In this document: one piece after another, positions 29,507 through 40,083 of the stretch
Layout: each line of letters begins with the position of its first letter
Position numbering within the stretch: the first letter of the stretch is position 1
Source of the DNA: Candidatus Altimarinota bacterium
GTDB taxonomy: Bacteria > Patescibacteriota > Gracilibacteria > UBA1369 > GCA-2718715
Length of the DNA: 64,000 nucleotides
Direction: 5' to 3'
Assembly (NCBI GenBank): GCA_041242255.1
Contig: JBESAV010000001.1
Location: 480,001 to 544,000 of the forward strand
The notes under the pieces: generated by a model
The model's input: the letters and a program-made list of their open reading frames with translations, nothing else
The model's database searches: none
What the model was told of the DNA's origin: nothing
Made by a program: the position numbers and the translations under genes

Positions 29507-29989
29507 ATGCACCCAAACTACCTCCAGCTATTTGCTAAAGCTCTAAGAACAGAAGATTCCACCAAAAGAGAATCTTTATTTCAAGAAATGAACGCCTCCC
29601 CAGAAGTAAAAGCCTCCATAAATCAAACCGTTACATCCATGTCAAAAGACGGGTTAACATTTTTCCTAGAACCACAAGAAGCAACTATTTCTACTGAACA
29701 CAAAGGGAATACAATAGTTTACAAAGGTGATTTTATTTATGGATTTGAGAAAGACCAAGTCTTTCATGACATCCCAGGTGACCTATCAACTAAAACCACC
29801 AAAGAAGTTAACAATCCTAACTCTGAAGTAATCTTTACCATCAACCCCGAAAACAACCAGCTCGAATCAATCTATGAATCCATGGCTGCAAATACTTTTG
29901 GCAAACAACCAAAAACTAATCTAGCCAAGCCAGCCATCTTCATAATAGTAATCATAGCTCTGATAATCTTCATTATAACCAATTCATAA
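29507..29989 (+). CDS. hypothetical protein with C-terminal TM anchor
   Basis: 160-aa ORF ending in a hydrophobic helix. Confidence 0.7.
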   Translation: MHPNYLQLFAKALRTEDSTKRESLFQEMNASPEVKASINQTVTSMSKDGLTFFLEPQEATISTEHKGNTIVYKGDFIYGFEKDQVFHDIPGDLSTKTTKEVNNPNSEVIFTINPENNQLESIYESMAANTFGKQPKTNLAKPAIFIIVIIALIIFIITNS

Positions 29990-29998
29990 ATCTACCCA

Positions 29999-30589
29999 AT
30001 GATCGAAGTCGAAAAAAAATTTATCTTATCTCCTGAACAGCACAATTCCCTTATCAAAGTAGCCAAGTTCCAAAAAGAGATAGTATTTACAGATACATAC
30101 TACGATACAAAAGACTTTCAGTACATCAAGCAAGACACATGGCTAAGAAAGAGAAATGAAGCTTTTCAACTAAAAGTTCCATTAACTTTAGATAAACATA
30201 GACTAGTTGATCAATACGAAGAAATTACAGATTCTGAAGACATTAAACAAAGACTTAATCTGCCTCTACAAAACCCAATACAGGAGGGAATAGAGCAAGC
30301 TAAGCTTCATAGTTTTTGCAAATGCACAACCACCAGAAAAAAGTATCAATACAAAGATTTTATTATTGATACAGATGAAGTTGAATACGAAGACTTTTCT
30401 TACCAAATAGCTGAAATAGAGCTTATGGTTGATACTGAAGAGGAGGTCGAACAAGCTATCCAAAAAATTCTAAACTTTACAAAAACACTAAATCTAGAAA
30501 TCACACCAGTCCGAGGTAAAGTAATCGAGTATCTCAAAAGAAAAGAACCAGAAATATATAAACTTTATACTAAAAAAACCACTACCTAA
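29999..30589 (+). CDS. CYTH domain protein (triphosphate tunnel metalloenzyme)
   Basis: N-terminal EVEKKF, DTYYDT, WLRKR, EIEL. Confidence 0.9.
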   Translation: MIEVEKKFILSPEQHNSLIKVAKFQKEIVFTDTYYDTKDFQYIKQDTWLRKRNEAFQLKVPLTLDKHRLVDQYEEITDSEDIKQRLNLPLQNPIQEGIEQAKLHSFCKCTTTRKKYQYKDFIIDTDEVEYEDFSYQIAEIELMVDTEEEVEQAIQKILNFTKTLNLEITPVRGKVIEYLKRKEPEIYKLYTKKTTT

Positions 30590-30599
30590 GCAGTGGCTT
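30572..30599 (-). terminator. intrinsic terminator of the RRM gene
   Basis: Minus strand GCCACTGC-TTAG-GTAGTGGT followed by a T run. Confidence 0.65.
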
Positions 30600-30622
30600 C
30601 TAAAAGTAAAACTTAGAAACAA

Positions 30623-30886
30623 TTAGTTTCTTGGTTTAGCTATATCAACTTTGATTTCTCTTCCATCAAGTTCTTTACCATTAAGCTCTTCAATTGCTTT
30701 TTGAGCTTCTTCTTCAGAAGACATAGTTACGAAACCACAACCTTTCGATCTACCAGTTTCTCTTTCTTTTAGTACGAAAGCATCTTCAACTGTACCAATT
30801 TGTTCGAAAAATTCCGCCAATCCAGCGTCAGTTGTTGCCCACGCTAAGCTTCCTACGAAAAGCTTATTTTGTTGCATATCATTCAT
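30623..30886 (-). CDS. RRM (RNP-1) RNA-binding protein
   Basis: KLFVGSL (RNP2), RSKGCGFVTM (RNP1), LNG.ELDGR.I.V..A. Confidence 0.93.
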   Translation of the reverse strand: MNDMQQNKLFVGSLAWATTDAGLAEFFEQIGTVEDAFVLKERETGRSKGCGFVTMSSEEEAQKAIEELNGKELDGREIKVDIAKPRN

Positions 30887-31083
30887 GATAATATTTACGT
30901 TAATTTAGTTAGACACAATACCTCGTTTTCTCACCTTTTAAGGTATTAAACCGAATCATTGCATTTGAATTATGCCTAATTTATCAAAAATAGTCAAACT
31001 AGTTCTTCACTAAACTACAAACAACCTCAAAGACTAGCCTTTAAGTCATTTTTTTGGTAAAATAAATAGATATAATTTTTTTA

Positions 31084-33174
31084 ATGAGTCATAAATCATT
31101 CTACAGAAGACTTATTCTAAATACGAGTGCGCTAATTTTACTAATTCTAGTCACCACTCCAATCATCTTAGCCTCGACCTACATTAACGATCCAGATAAC
31201 GATTCAACAACTGAGCTTGAACTATGGTTAAAAGCAGATGAAGGCTTCACACCAGCCAACTGGACTGATCAATCAGCTAACACTAACGATGCAGCTCAAT
31301 CAAACCCTGCCAACCAACCCGCCTTATTAGACAACCAAATCAACTTCAATCCAGTAGTAGATTTCGATACTGGAGATACTCTTGAAGGAGTAGCATCGCC
31401 AATCAATTCAGGTACAGATCAAACAGTTTTCTTTATTTATCAACACACAGCCAATGGAGTTGGAGATCAGCCAGATCTTTTTGATTACGATGGAACTGCA
31501 GGTGGAAATAGGGTGGAAGTTTATGATGATACGTTCTCTTATCAGGGTACTTTATTTGATGAAACAAATACTGGAAACACACTCACTAATGCCAATCTTG
31601 TATATATCAGACAAGCTCAGAACATCGTCAACACAGGAGGTATCTCCGTAAACGGTGAGCCAGAAGTGACTGGTACTACTGCCGCCATTGGAGGGGGTGA
31701 TACTTATACAATTGGAACACAAGGCTTACTCGATGGTAACTTAGCCGAACTAATTCTTTACAGTGAAGAGCTTAATGCAACCAACATTGATAACATTGAA
31801 TCATACCTAGCACTTAAATACGGAATAACCCTAGATATAAATACACCTCAGTATACAAACAGCTCAGGTACAACAGTTTTTGATACAGACGACGGTGGAA
31901 ACTCCGGAGCCGCTTCTGACGGAACAGCAGACTGGTTCGATATCGCTGGTATTGCTCGAGATGATGCCACAACCTTAGATCAAAGAATTTCTCAGTCCGA
32001 AAACGCATCTAGTTCTCTAATTGTCTCAACTGACTCAGACTTTATTTCCTCTAATTCAACAGCTAGACCACAGCTAGACGACGGAGATTTCTTAGTTTGG
32101 GGTCATAATGGCTCATTAGCAAGCACTTCCACCACTTCAGATCTAGACACTTCTGTTTACCAATCTAGAACCGAAAGAGAATGGAAATTCGAAAACACAG
32201 CTGTCACAAGTACAGTAAATCTAAAATTTGAAACTCTACCAACTTTCAACTCAACAGACTACCAAGTCTTACTATCTAGCCCAGATCAAGACTTTAGCAG
32301 TGGGTACTCCGTACTAGGTGAGTCTAACAATGGAGAATTTACAGATATCACTATTCCTACCGGAACAAGCTATATGACAGTTGCATCAGCAACAACACTA
32401 ATAGAACTTACAAAATCTAGCTACTCAACTGTCGAAGCTGCAAATGATGACCATCCATCAATTTTGATTGATGGACCTATTTTTACCGGAACAACATTAG
32501 GTGTAACTATTGATTCTGGAACTGCTACTGAAGATACAGACTTTACAATATCTGGAACGTTTGCAATCCCCGAAGGAGATTATGACGGGAGCACTCCAAT
32601 TGATATAAATTTTGAAATAACCGATGACGGGATTCTCGAAGGCACAGAAGATATAGATTTCACAATATCTAACCCATCTAGCCAAACTTACGATTTTGGT
32701 GATGTAGACGGAAGCACCACCACTCTAACTTCAGCAAACTACGAAATTACCGACGACGAAACAGCTTCAGTCCAATTCGAAGCCACAACTTCAAATACAT
32801 CAGGAGACGAAGACAATGCCCCTACTATCAATCTAGAGCTATCCATCTCCACAACCACAGGATCAGGTACGATAGCCACCGGCGAAACAATCACAGCCCA
32901 AGTTTCATACGACGGAAGTTCAACTGCTACCAATGGTTCAGGTGAAGATATAGATTTTACAACACCACAAACCATTACCTTTACAGATAGTCATGCCGAC
33001 GGTGAGCTTCTTCCAATTTCATTTACACTAACTGACGACAATGTATTTGAAGATGATGAAACAGCTATCTTCAATCTCAGTATTGCCGGTCCAGGAACTC
33101 TAAATTCACTATCATCAGTCGGAACCAACAACCAACACACTTTACCATTGAAGACGATGATTCTATTTCTGTAG
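31084..33174 (+). CDS. giant surface protein, N-terminal part (LamG-like domain + Calx-beta); frameshifted at about 33144
   Basis: Signal/TM, LWLKAD..W.DQS, ESYLALKYGITL, Calx-beta I.DD...E..E repeats. The frame continues into 33219..38252 after a 1-bp deletion. Confidence 0.8.
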   Translation: MSHKSFYRRLILNTSALILLILVTTPIILASTYINDPDNDSTTELELWLKADEGFTPANWTDQSANTNDAAQSNPANQPALLDNQINFNPVVDFDTGDTLEGVASPINSGTDQTVFFIYQHTANGVGDQPDLFDYDGTAGGNRVEVYDDTFSYQGTLFDETNTGNTLTNANLVYIRQAQNIVNTGGISVNGEPEVTGTTAAIGGGDTYTIGTQGLLDGNLAELILYSEELNATNIDNIESYLALKYGITLDINTPQYTNSSGTTVFDTDDGGNSGAASDGTADWFDIAGIARDDATTLDQRISQSENASSSLIVSTDSDFISSNSTARPQLDDGDFLVWGHNGSLASTSTTSDLDTSVYQSRTEREWKFENTAVTSTVNLKFETLPTFNSTDYQVLLSSPDQDFSSGYSVLGESNNGEFTDITIPTGTSYMTVASATTLIELTKSSYSTVEAANDDHPSILIDGPIFTGTTLGVTIDSGTATEDTDFTISGTFAIPEGDYDGSTPIDINFEITDDGILEGTEDIDFTISNPSSQTYDFGDVDGSTTTLTSANYEITDDETASVQFEATTSNTSGDEDNAPTINLELSISTTTGSGTIATGETITAQVSYDGSSTATNGSGEDIDFTTPQTITFTDSHADGELLPISFTLTDDNVFEDDETAIFNLSIAGPGTLNSLSSVGTNNQHTLPLKTMILFL

Positions 33175-35045
33175 AGTTCTCACAAGCAACTTATAATTTT
33201 AATGAAGACGAGGGAACGGTGGATATTGAGCTTACTGCTTCAGGTGCTGATGCCTCTTCCGCAGCCGCTCAGAGTATAGAAGTAGCTTTAACCTCTTCTA
33301 CAGCTACTTCAGGAACTGACTTTACCTTTACCTCACCAACCACAGTTAACATTCCAGCTGCAGACTACAGTACTCCACAAACTTTAACCTTTCAGTTAAC
33401 AGTAGTGGATGATGACTTTTTAGAAAACACCGAAAACATTATTTTGGACTTACAAAATCCATCTATCTTAGTAACTGAAGGTCCTGTAAACACAGCAACT
33501 ATCAACATCCTAGATGACGACAACTTGTCAGTAAGCTTTACTGAAACACTTTATACAGAAGATGAAGCTGAAGGATCGGTTGGTGTTACAGTTCAAGTTT
33601 CAGGAGCCGACTCTAGTACCTTCGGAAGTCAGACCATAAACTTAGCAATCCTTACCTCAACTGCAACTAACAATGTAGATTACACTTTTACTGACCCAAC
33701 CACAATCACCATTCCAGCCAGCGATTACACTACACCACAAACCATTTCTACATCTATTACTCTAATAGACGATGGAATTCTTGAAGGAAATGAAGACATA
33801 AATTTCGTACTAAACAATCCTTCTGCCAAAGTTACTCCAACTGGAGATACAAACACAACCGTAACTATATTAGATGACGAGACAGCCTCAGTTCAATTTG
33901 AAACATCTACCTCAAATACAAACGGAGACGAAGACAATGCGCCAGCCATCAACCTGGAGCTATCCATCAGTGCAACTACTGGATCAGGTACGATAGCCAC
34001 CGGCGAAACAATCACCACGCAAGTCGCATATAATGGATCTTCTACCGCCACCAATGGTTCAGGTGAAGATATAGATTTTACTACACCACAAACCATCACC
34101 TTTACAGATAGTCATGCCGACGGTGAACTTCTTCCAATTTCATTCATCCTAAATGACGATAATATGATTGAAGATGCTGAAACAGCAATCTTCAACTTAA
34201 GCCTCGCTGGATCAGGAACATTAAATTCATTCGCCTCTACCGGGACAAACACTCAACACACTTTAACAATCGAGGACGACGATGGTCTTCAAATAGAATT
34301 TGATGAAGCTACATATTCCTTTAGTGAATCAACCGGTACAGCCAGCATAGATCTATCCGCCTTTGGAGCCAACACAACTTTAGCTGGAGATATGACTATA
34401 GATGTTCAAGTTTTATCAAGTACAGCAACTAACACAGCGGATTACACTTTTACCGATCCAACCACAGTAACTATTCCAGCTAACGACTACAGCACAACAC
34501 AAATCATAAGTTTCAATTTACCAATCATAGATGATGGAATCCTAGAAGGTAATGAAAACCTAGTTTTACAACTTACCAATCCAAACGGAATCCTTAGTAT
34601 TGCCACAGTTGATACAACCACAATCACCATTCAAGACGATGAAACTGCAATAGTTCAGTTTGAACAAGCCTCTACTACAATCTCTCAAGCAACAGGTCCT
34701 ACTGACGTTAATGTCCAACTTAACATCATTACAACCACTGGATCGGGTACGATAGCCACAGGTGAAACAATTACAGCTCAAGTCGCTTACAACGGATCTT
34801 CAACAGCTATCAATGGTCCAGGAGAAGATATAGAGTTCACCAGCCCAGAAACTATAACCTTCACTGACTCAAACCTAGATGGTGACCTCATACCAATAAC
34901 TTACACAGTCAACGACGACAACCTTTTAGAAGATACTGAGACTGCAATTTTTGATTTAACAATAGGAGGATCAGGAACATTAAATTCATTCACCTCTACA
35001 ACTGCACCGACACAACATACTCTAAACATTGAAGATGACGATAAA
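32750..35045 (+). repeat. intragenic Calx-beta repeat family (copies at about 32750-33160, 33870-34280 and 34630-35045)
   Basis: Identical GGATCAGGTACGATAGCCACCGGCGAAACAATCAC at 32860 and 33981; shared ACCAATGGTTCAGGTGAAGATATAGATTTTAC and ACCTTTACAGATAGTCATGCCGACGGTGA; third copy more diverged. Confidence 0.85.
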
Positions 35046-38000
35046 CTTCTCGTTGAATTCACCAGTGAAACTTACACTTCACCAGAGAATGTGGGTGATA
35101 ATCACCCAACCATAAATATATTTGGTGCCATCATAGAATCAGATGCTTCAATCGAGATAGCTGACCTTGGTACAGGTACAGCTACAGAGGGAACTGGAAA
35201 TGATTATACATTCACTAGCCCACAAACAATCACAATCCCAGCTGATGACTACACCACACCTCAAACTATTTCCCTTACAGGATTAACAATTTTAGACAAC
35301 GCTGATCCAGATGGAAACAGAACTATAAACTTCGCTCTACAAAACCCATCCATCGTTGAAATAGGAGATGCAAACACTGACACAGAAACCTATTCCTCAA
35401 CAACCTACACAATACTTGATGATGAGCTACTAAACGTTCAAGTAGAACAGGCTCCAGCCCAAGATGACCCTACCAATCAATCACCAGTTTACTTCACTTT
35501 AGAGTTCACTGATCCAATTGATCCTGCCACTTTAGAGATATCAGATCTATCATTGACTGGCTCAACAGCGACCAACCTAACGATCGAATCCATAACCGAA
35601 ATAGCTCCAAATGACGATACAACTTTCCAAGTAGAAATATCATCCGACCTTACTCAAGATGGAGATATAATTCTATCTCTACCAGCAGGAGTAGTTGATA
35701 TTTCAGGAGGAGTCATCCAAAATGAAGCTTCAAACTCAACTGACAATACAATCACAATCGACACAGAAGCGCCAGCTAATCCTTTATCTGCTCCAGATCT
35801 AAGCTCTTCAAGTGATTCCGGCGTTGATGATGATGAAATAACCAATGATAACACCCCAGAAATCTCAGGTACATGTACAGCCGGTGACACAGTTGTTCTT
35901 TATGCCGATGGAAGTCCCACCGGGGATGAAGAAGTATGTGGAGTAGGAGATAGCTTTCAAATTTCTTATTCTACTCTAGCCGAGGGCGATCACGATCTAA
36001 CCTACATTTATAGAGATCCTGCCGGAAATGAATCAGCTCAGTCCCCAATTTTATTTATAACAATTGATACACTTGTAGACCCAGTTGTTATAAATTCTCC
36101 AGTTGATGGATCAGTAGTTTCACAAGGTACGACTTATTCAGGTACATGTGAAACAGATGCCACAATCTACATCGAAAACGCACTACTCGATCCAAACCCT
36201 ACCACCACCGAATGCGAATCAGGTACATATTCTACAACTATAACTTGGGATGAATCAGCTGCAAACTCAACACAGGATATAGAGATTTATCAAATCGATC
36301 TAGCAGGTAATACAAGTGCAATCGAGACTATTCAACTAGATATAGATGTAGACGCTCCTCAAGTCTCATTCTTAAGAGATCAACCACCTACAAAATTTAT
36401 TTTAGGAGGTCCATCCAACTCAGTCTTATTTAATATCATTACAACTGAAGATGTATTCAATGCTGATGCAGATGACTTTGCAATATCCACAACGGTTGAC
36501 TCTTATACTGTTTCAACTTTTACTCAAATCAACAACTCAACATACACTCTTCTTATCGAAAATATATCTGGATTTGGAACTATGGAACTACAAATAGATC
36601 CTGATGAAGACATAACCGACGAAGCTGGAAACCTTTTAGACAGCGACCCAATCACTAGCCAGATATACGAATTTGTCACTAACTCCAAAGACGATGATGG
36701 AGATGGAATTCCTTCATGGCTAGAAAGCTCAAATCTAACAAATGGTGAAAACCCAGATGATCCTACAACATCAGGTGACAACGACGATGATGGAGATCAA
36801 ATGCCAAATGGTTTAGAGGTTTACATAAGTAACCTAGCTTGTTTTGCAGGAACCCCAGGATCTACGACTGAAGCCTCTTATACCTTAGATTCAGACCTAG
36901 ACGGAATACCTGATTGGAATGAAATCTATTACGATTCCGATCCTTGCGACAACCAATCCCCAAATACCACAGGCTCAGATGACACAGACGCAGATGGTAT
37001 AACTGACTCATTTGAGATACAAGTATGTCAAATTTACCCAACACTTGATGACTGTAGTGCCAGCCCAGTAGAAACTCGCATAAATTACACTTCTGACACA
37101 GACGGAGATGGAATACCTGACCAAATAGAAATCCTAGCCAACACTGATCCTACAAATTCATCTGATCCATCTACTGACGATACAGACTCTGACGGTGTAA
37201 CCGATGGTCTAGAAACAATTCTTTGCCGAGTCTATAACCTTTGCCCAGCTCTTACAGCTGTAGATTCTGATACAGATACAGATGGTGGAGGAACACCCGA
37301 CTATTTAGAAATACAATCAGCAACAGATCCAAACGAACCATCAGATGATGTTCAACCTGAATCTAGCTCAAGTTCTTCTGGAGGTGGAAGTTCTTCAAGC
37401 TCATCTGGATCATCTATTTTTAGTATCTTCTCCAATAACAATACCAAAGATCCTCAAACATCTTCTGAGCCAACTATCCAAGAAAATGCTGATAATACTC
37501 CGACTCTAGACCCAACACCTATCACTTCAAACTCAAATAACTCATCTTCTAGTCAAGAAACTATAGTAATGATTCAAGAAATATCCCAAAAAATCGAATC
37601 TCAAGATCTCAACAATTGTATTGCATACAATCAAGACCAAATCTTAAATTCAAATCAAGACTCAATTAAACTACCTCCTGCCATAAGCAATCTTTTGTAT
37701 TCAAACGAAACAATGCAGGGAACTCCTATTATTTCAGGGCAAGCCAATACAGGAGATCTCACTCTAAACCAAGAAATAATCAGAGTTGAACTTGTTAAAA
37801 CAGTTCTAGTTTCAAACTGTCTTCCAATTCTCCCAGCCCCAGATCTACCTGAACTAAATAGATATGGTCAACCAATGCCTGATTTCAAAGATCTTCCAAT
37901 ATCTAATACATGGGTTAGCAACACAATGTATTCTGCTGCTTATTATGGTCTTATCAACGGTGATATGAACCAGAATGCTCGACCAGCTGATGAAATAAAC

Positions 38001-38252
38001 CTAGCTGAATTCATAAAAGTATCGGTCCTAAGCGAAAAAATTATCAACAATCAACCTATCCCTAAGCCAGATATCCAAAACGAAAAATGGTATGAAGTAT
38101 ACATACCTGATGCTCTGAACTCTAAAATCATCACTCCACAAAGATTAGTTACTACCCGAGTAGATCAGCCACTCAAGAGAGAGTTTGTGTTCCAAAAAAT
38201 ATGGAATATGATTATCCAAAGAGGCCTACTCATTACAGATCTCACAAACTAG
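33219..38252 (+). CDS. giant surface protein, C-terminal part (Calx-beta repeats, bacterial Ig-like D.AGN domains, DxDxDG Ca-binding repeats, Ser-rich linker, SLH-like end)
   Basis: Repeat motifs visible in the translation; C-terminal F.DLP...W...Y.A...GLING...RP...IN.AEF.K. Confidence 0.82.
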   Translation: MDIELTASGADASSAAAQSIEVALTSSTATSGTDFTFTSPTTVNIPAADYSTPQTLTFQLTVVDDDFLENTENIILDLQNPSILVTEGPVNTATINILDDDNLSVSFTETLYTEDEAEGSVGVTVQVSGADSSTFGSQTINLAILTSTATNNVDYTFTDPTTITIPASDYTTPQTISTSITLIDDGILEGNEDINFVLNNPSAKVTPTGDTNTTVTILDDETASVQFETSTSNTNGDEDNAPAINLELSISATTGSGTIATGETITTQVAYNGSSTATNGSGEDIDFTTPQTITFTDSHADGELLPISFILNDDNMIEDAETAIFNLSLAGSGTLNSFASTGTNTQHTLTIEDDDGLQIEFDEATYSFSESTGTASIDLSAFGANTTLAGDMTIDVQVLSSTATNTADYTFTDPTTVTIPANDYSTTQIISFNLPIIDDGILEGNENLVLQLTNPNGILSIATVDTTTITIQDDETAIVQFEQASTTISQATGPTDVNVQLNIITTTGSGTIATGETITAQVAYNGSSTAINGPGEDIEFTSPETITFTDSNLDGDLIPITYTVNDDNLLEDTETAIFDLTIGGSGTLNSFTSTTAPTQHTLNIEDDDKLLVEFTSETYTSPENVGDNHPTINIFGAIIESDASIEIADLGTGTATEGTGNDYTFTSPQTITIPADDYTTPQTISLTGLTILDNADPDGNRTINFALQNPSIVEIGDANTDTETYSSTTYTILDDELLNVQVEQAPAQDDPTNQSPVYFTLEFTDPIDPATLEISDLSLTGSTATNLTIESITEIAPNDDTTFQVEISSDLTQDGDIILSLPAGVVDISGGVIQNEASNSTDNTITIDTEAPANPLSAPDLSSSSDSGVDDDEITNDNTPEISGTCTAGDTVVLYADGSPTGDEEVCGVGDSFQISYSTLAEGDHDLTYIYRDPAGNESAQSPILFITIDTLVDPVVINSPVDGSVVSQGTTYSGTCETDATIYIENALLDPNPTTTECESGTYSTTITWDESAANSTQDIEIYQIDLAGNTSAIETIQLDIDVDAPQVSFLRDQPPTKFILGGPSNSVLFNIITTEDVFNADADDFAISTTVDSYTVSTFTQINNSTYTLLIENISGFGTMELQIDPDEDITDEAGNLLDSDPITSQIYEFVTNSKDDDGDGIPSWLESSNLTNGENPDDPTTSGDNDDDGDQMPNGLEVYISNLACFAGTPGSTTEASYTLDSDLDGIPDWNEIYYDSDPCDNQSPNTTGSDDTDADGITDSFEIQVCQIYPTLDDCSASPVETRINYTSDTDGDGIPDQIEILANTDPTNSSDPSTDDTDSDGVTDGLETILCRVYNLCPALTAVDSDTDTDGGGTPDYLEIQSATDPNEPSDDVQPESSSSSSGGGSSSSSSGSSIFSIFSNNNTKDPQTSSEPTIQENADNTPTLDPTPITSNSNNSSSSQETIVMIQEISQKIESQDLNNCIAYNQDQILNSNQDSIKLPPAISNLLYSNETMQGTPIISGQANTGDLTLNQEIIRVELVKTVLVSNCLPILPAPDLPELNRYGQPMPDFKDLPISNTWVSNTMYSAAYYGLINGDMNQNARPADEINLAEFIKVSVLSEKIINNQPIPKPDIQNEKWYEVYIPDALNSKIITPQRLVTTRVDQPLKREFVFQKIWNMIIQRGLLITDLTN

Positions 38253-38745
38253 CCAGACACCCATCACCCCACAAACCTTTATCTTCTTCACGAGCAAGTC
38301 GCTCAGCCTCCAAGAACTGATCTTGAAGCTCAATCGGCACACTACTTCTATAAACAGTTGCATACCCCTCACGTAGAAGAGTCTGGTTAAAACTTACAGA
38401 CTCACCATCTAAGAAAATATAAGCCAAAAGCCTCCCATATCTATCGTATTCTGCTTGGGTCCTATCTGTTTCCAAGCTAACTATTTTGCCTAACAAACTC
38501 TCTTCAGTATATCTTGAGGCTTCTTTCCCAAAACATTCCACAGGACTACCAGGGCGAACAGTCTCAGGAGTATCAACTCCCAAAAGCCTTATTCTTGTCT
38601 CATTTCCTCCAAGCCATACATCAATAGTATCACCATCAACTACATTCACAACCTCATACTCATCAGCAATCACACCCTCTTCCGCATAAGCAGTTACCAG
38701 AACCATTAGTATAGCTAAAGCGTAAACAAGAAATTTACTCTTCAT
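38242..38745 (-). CDS. thermonuclease (SNase) family protein
   Basis: Signal peptide, VVDGDTI, IRLLGVDTPE, DRYGRLLAY, GLW. Confidence 0.95.
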   Translation of the reverse strand: MKSKFLVYALAILMVLVTAYAEEGVIADEYEVVNVVDGDTIDVWLGGNETRIRLLGVDTPETVRPGSPVECFGKEASRYTEESLLGKIVSLETDRTQAEYDRYGRLLAYIFLDGESVSFNQTLLREGYATVYRSSVPIELQDQFLEAERLAREEDKGLWGDGCLASL

Positions 38746-38861
38746 AATAATTTTTAAACAAATTTATCCTACACTCTTTCTAAAAATAAATCTCACTATG
38801 TCAACTTTTTTAATTCATAAAAAACTCTATAATACCTCCAAGTATTCATTAACTAAAAAAA

Positions 38862-39704
38862 ATGAACAAAAAACTAATAGCTCTTTCCATTATTGCAATG
38901 CTTGCAGTTGCAGGGTGCGGAGGAGACACATCTACTCCAGATTCAGACAGTGGAGGTGGATTACTTTCAAATCTAGGTGGATCTCAGTACCTTGAGTCTG
39001 ACGACTTAGACGATTTAGAAGCATGTGAGCTACTAACTATGGATATAGTTACATCAAATATCTCTAACGTACCAGAAGATATAGAGCCATTTGATTTCTA
39101 TGGATGTATATACGAGTGGCCAAAATCTAACGCAGAAGAAATAGAAGAGGCAAATAGCCAAAAAATCATGGAAGTAGGTTTAAGCAATATTACAAGTCTA
39201 AATCTTCAATCTGAAGATAACATTGTAGGGCTTTCTTACAACACTTTTGCATTACCTCAAAGTGAAGAAGCAATTGATAAAACATACCGAAGTCTCACCA
39301 ATCAACTTACTCAAGAAGAACAAGATCAAGCCAGCCAAGCTCTAAAAGATGCTTTTGATAGCATTGGTTCAGGAGATGAGACTGATCAACAAGTTTCAGA
39401 ACAAGCTGAAGAAATGGGAGTAGGGGACGCGGTTCAAGATAAACTAGAAGAAGGCTTCACTGAGGGTGAAAAAGATCTAGGTAATAGCCTAATTGATTTA
39501 GCTTCTCAAACTTCTGATGAAGATGTTTATGTAGAAGTTGATGGACTAGGGGATAGAGCAGCTTGGAGTGAATACAGCAAAGATCTAGTTGTTCAATACA
39601 AAAACTTTTTCTTCAACCTAAACGTAGATCTTGAAGAATCAAGCCAAGACGCAGCAGTAAACATAGCTAAAGAAGTTCTACAAAATCTAAAATCAGAACT
39701 CTAA
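38862..39704 (+). CDS. putative lipoprotein
   Basis: MNKK...VAGC lipobox; ACELLT, C.Y and V.GLGD.A.W motifs. Confidence 0.8.
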   Translation: MNKKLIALSIIAMLAVAGCGGDTSTPDSDSGGGLLSNLGGSQYLESDDLDDLEACELLTMDIVTSNISNVPEDIEPFDFYGCIYEWPKSNAEEIEEANSQKIMEVGLSNITSLNLQSEDNIVGLSYNTFALPQSEEAIDKTYRSLTNQLTQEEQDQASQALKDAFDSIGSGDETDQQVSEQAEEMGVGDAVQDKLEEGFTEGEKDLGNSLIDLASQTSDEDVYVEVDGLGDRAAWSEYSKDLVVQYKNFFFNLNVDLEESSQDAAVNIAKEVLQNLKSEL

Positions 39705-39713
39705 GCCCAAAAC

Positions 39714-39744
39714 AAAAACCCCACCTTCACAGATGGGGTTTTTT
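39714..39744. terminator. bidirectional intrinsic terminator
   Basis: AAAAACCCCA-CCTTCACAGA-TGGGGTTTTTT between convergent genes. Confidence 0.8.
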
Positions 39745-39759
39745 AATATTTCCTAATCT

Positions 39760-40083
39760 TTAGTACATTAGCTCTACGTCCACATCTCCATTCTTAGGAG
39801 AACATTGGCAACCAAGCCTGTACTCTGGATGATCACTGTTCATACCCATCATTTCTTCTCTTTCAGTTATCTCAGATAAGTTTTCAGCACCTTCATGAAC
39901 CTTTACCATACATGTTGTACAAGCTCCATTTCCACCGCAGGCATGATCCATTTGAATTCCATTTTCCATAGCAATCTCTAAGAGAGTTGCATCACTTTTG
40001 CAACCCTCTATCTTCACAGCTTTACCATCTTTTTTCATAGTTACAGTTGATTCACCGCAACCACATTTATCTCCACAGTTCAT
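39760..40083 (-). CDS. 2Fe-2S ferredoxin (adrenodoxin/ISC type)
   Basis: HACGG.GACTTC...RLGCQ; start overlaps the rpsT stop (TAATG). Confidence 0.92.
   Translation of the reverse strand: MNCGDKCGCGESTVTMKKDGKAVKIEGCKSDATLLEIAMENGIQMDHACGGNGACTTCMVKVHEGAENLSEITEREEMMGMNSDHPEYRLGCQCSPKNGDVDVELMY

Noticed and set aside
33135-33150. Programmed -1 frameshift joining the two surface-protein ORFs
   Set aside because: No X_XXY_YYZ heptamer or clear stimulator; the paralogous repeat shows a simple missing A.
32750-35045. CRISPR array or DGR template/variable repeat pair
   Set aside because: The repeats are long, in-frame coding domains with differences not limited to adenines; no cas or reverse transcriptase gene is present.
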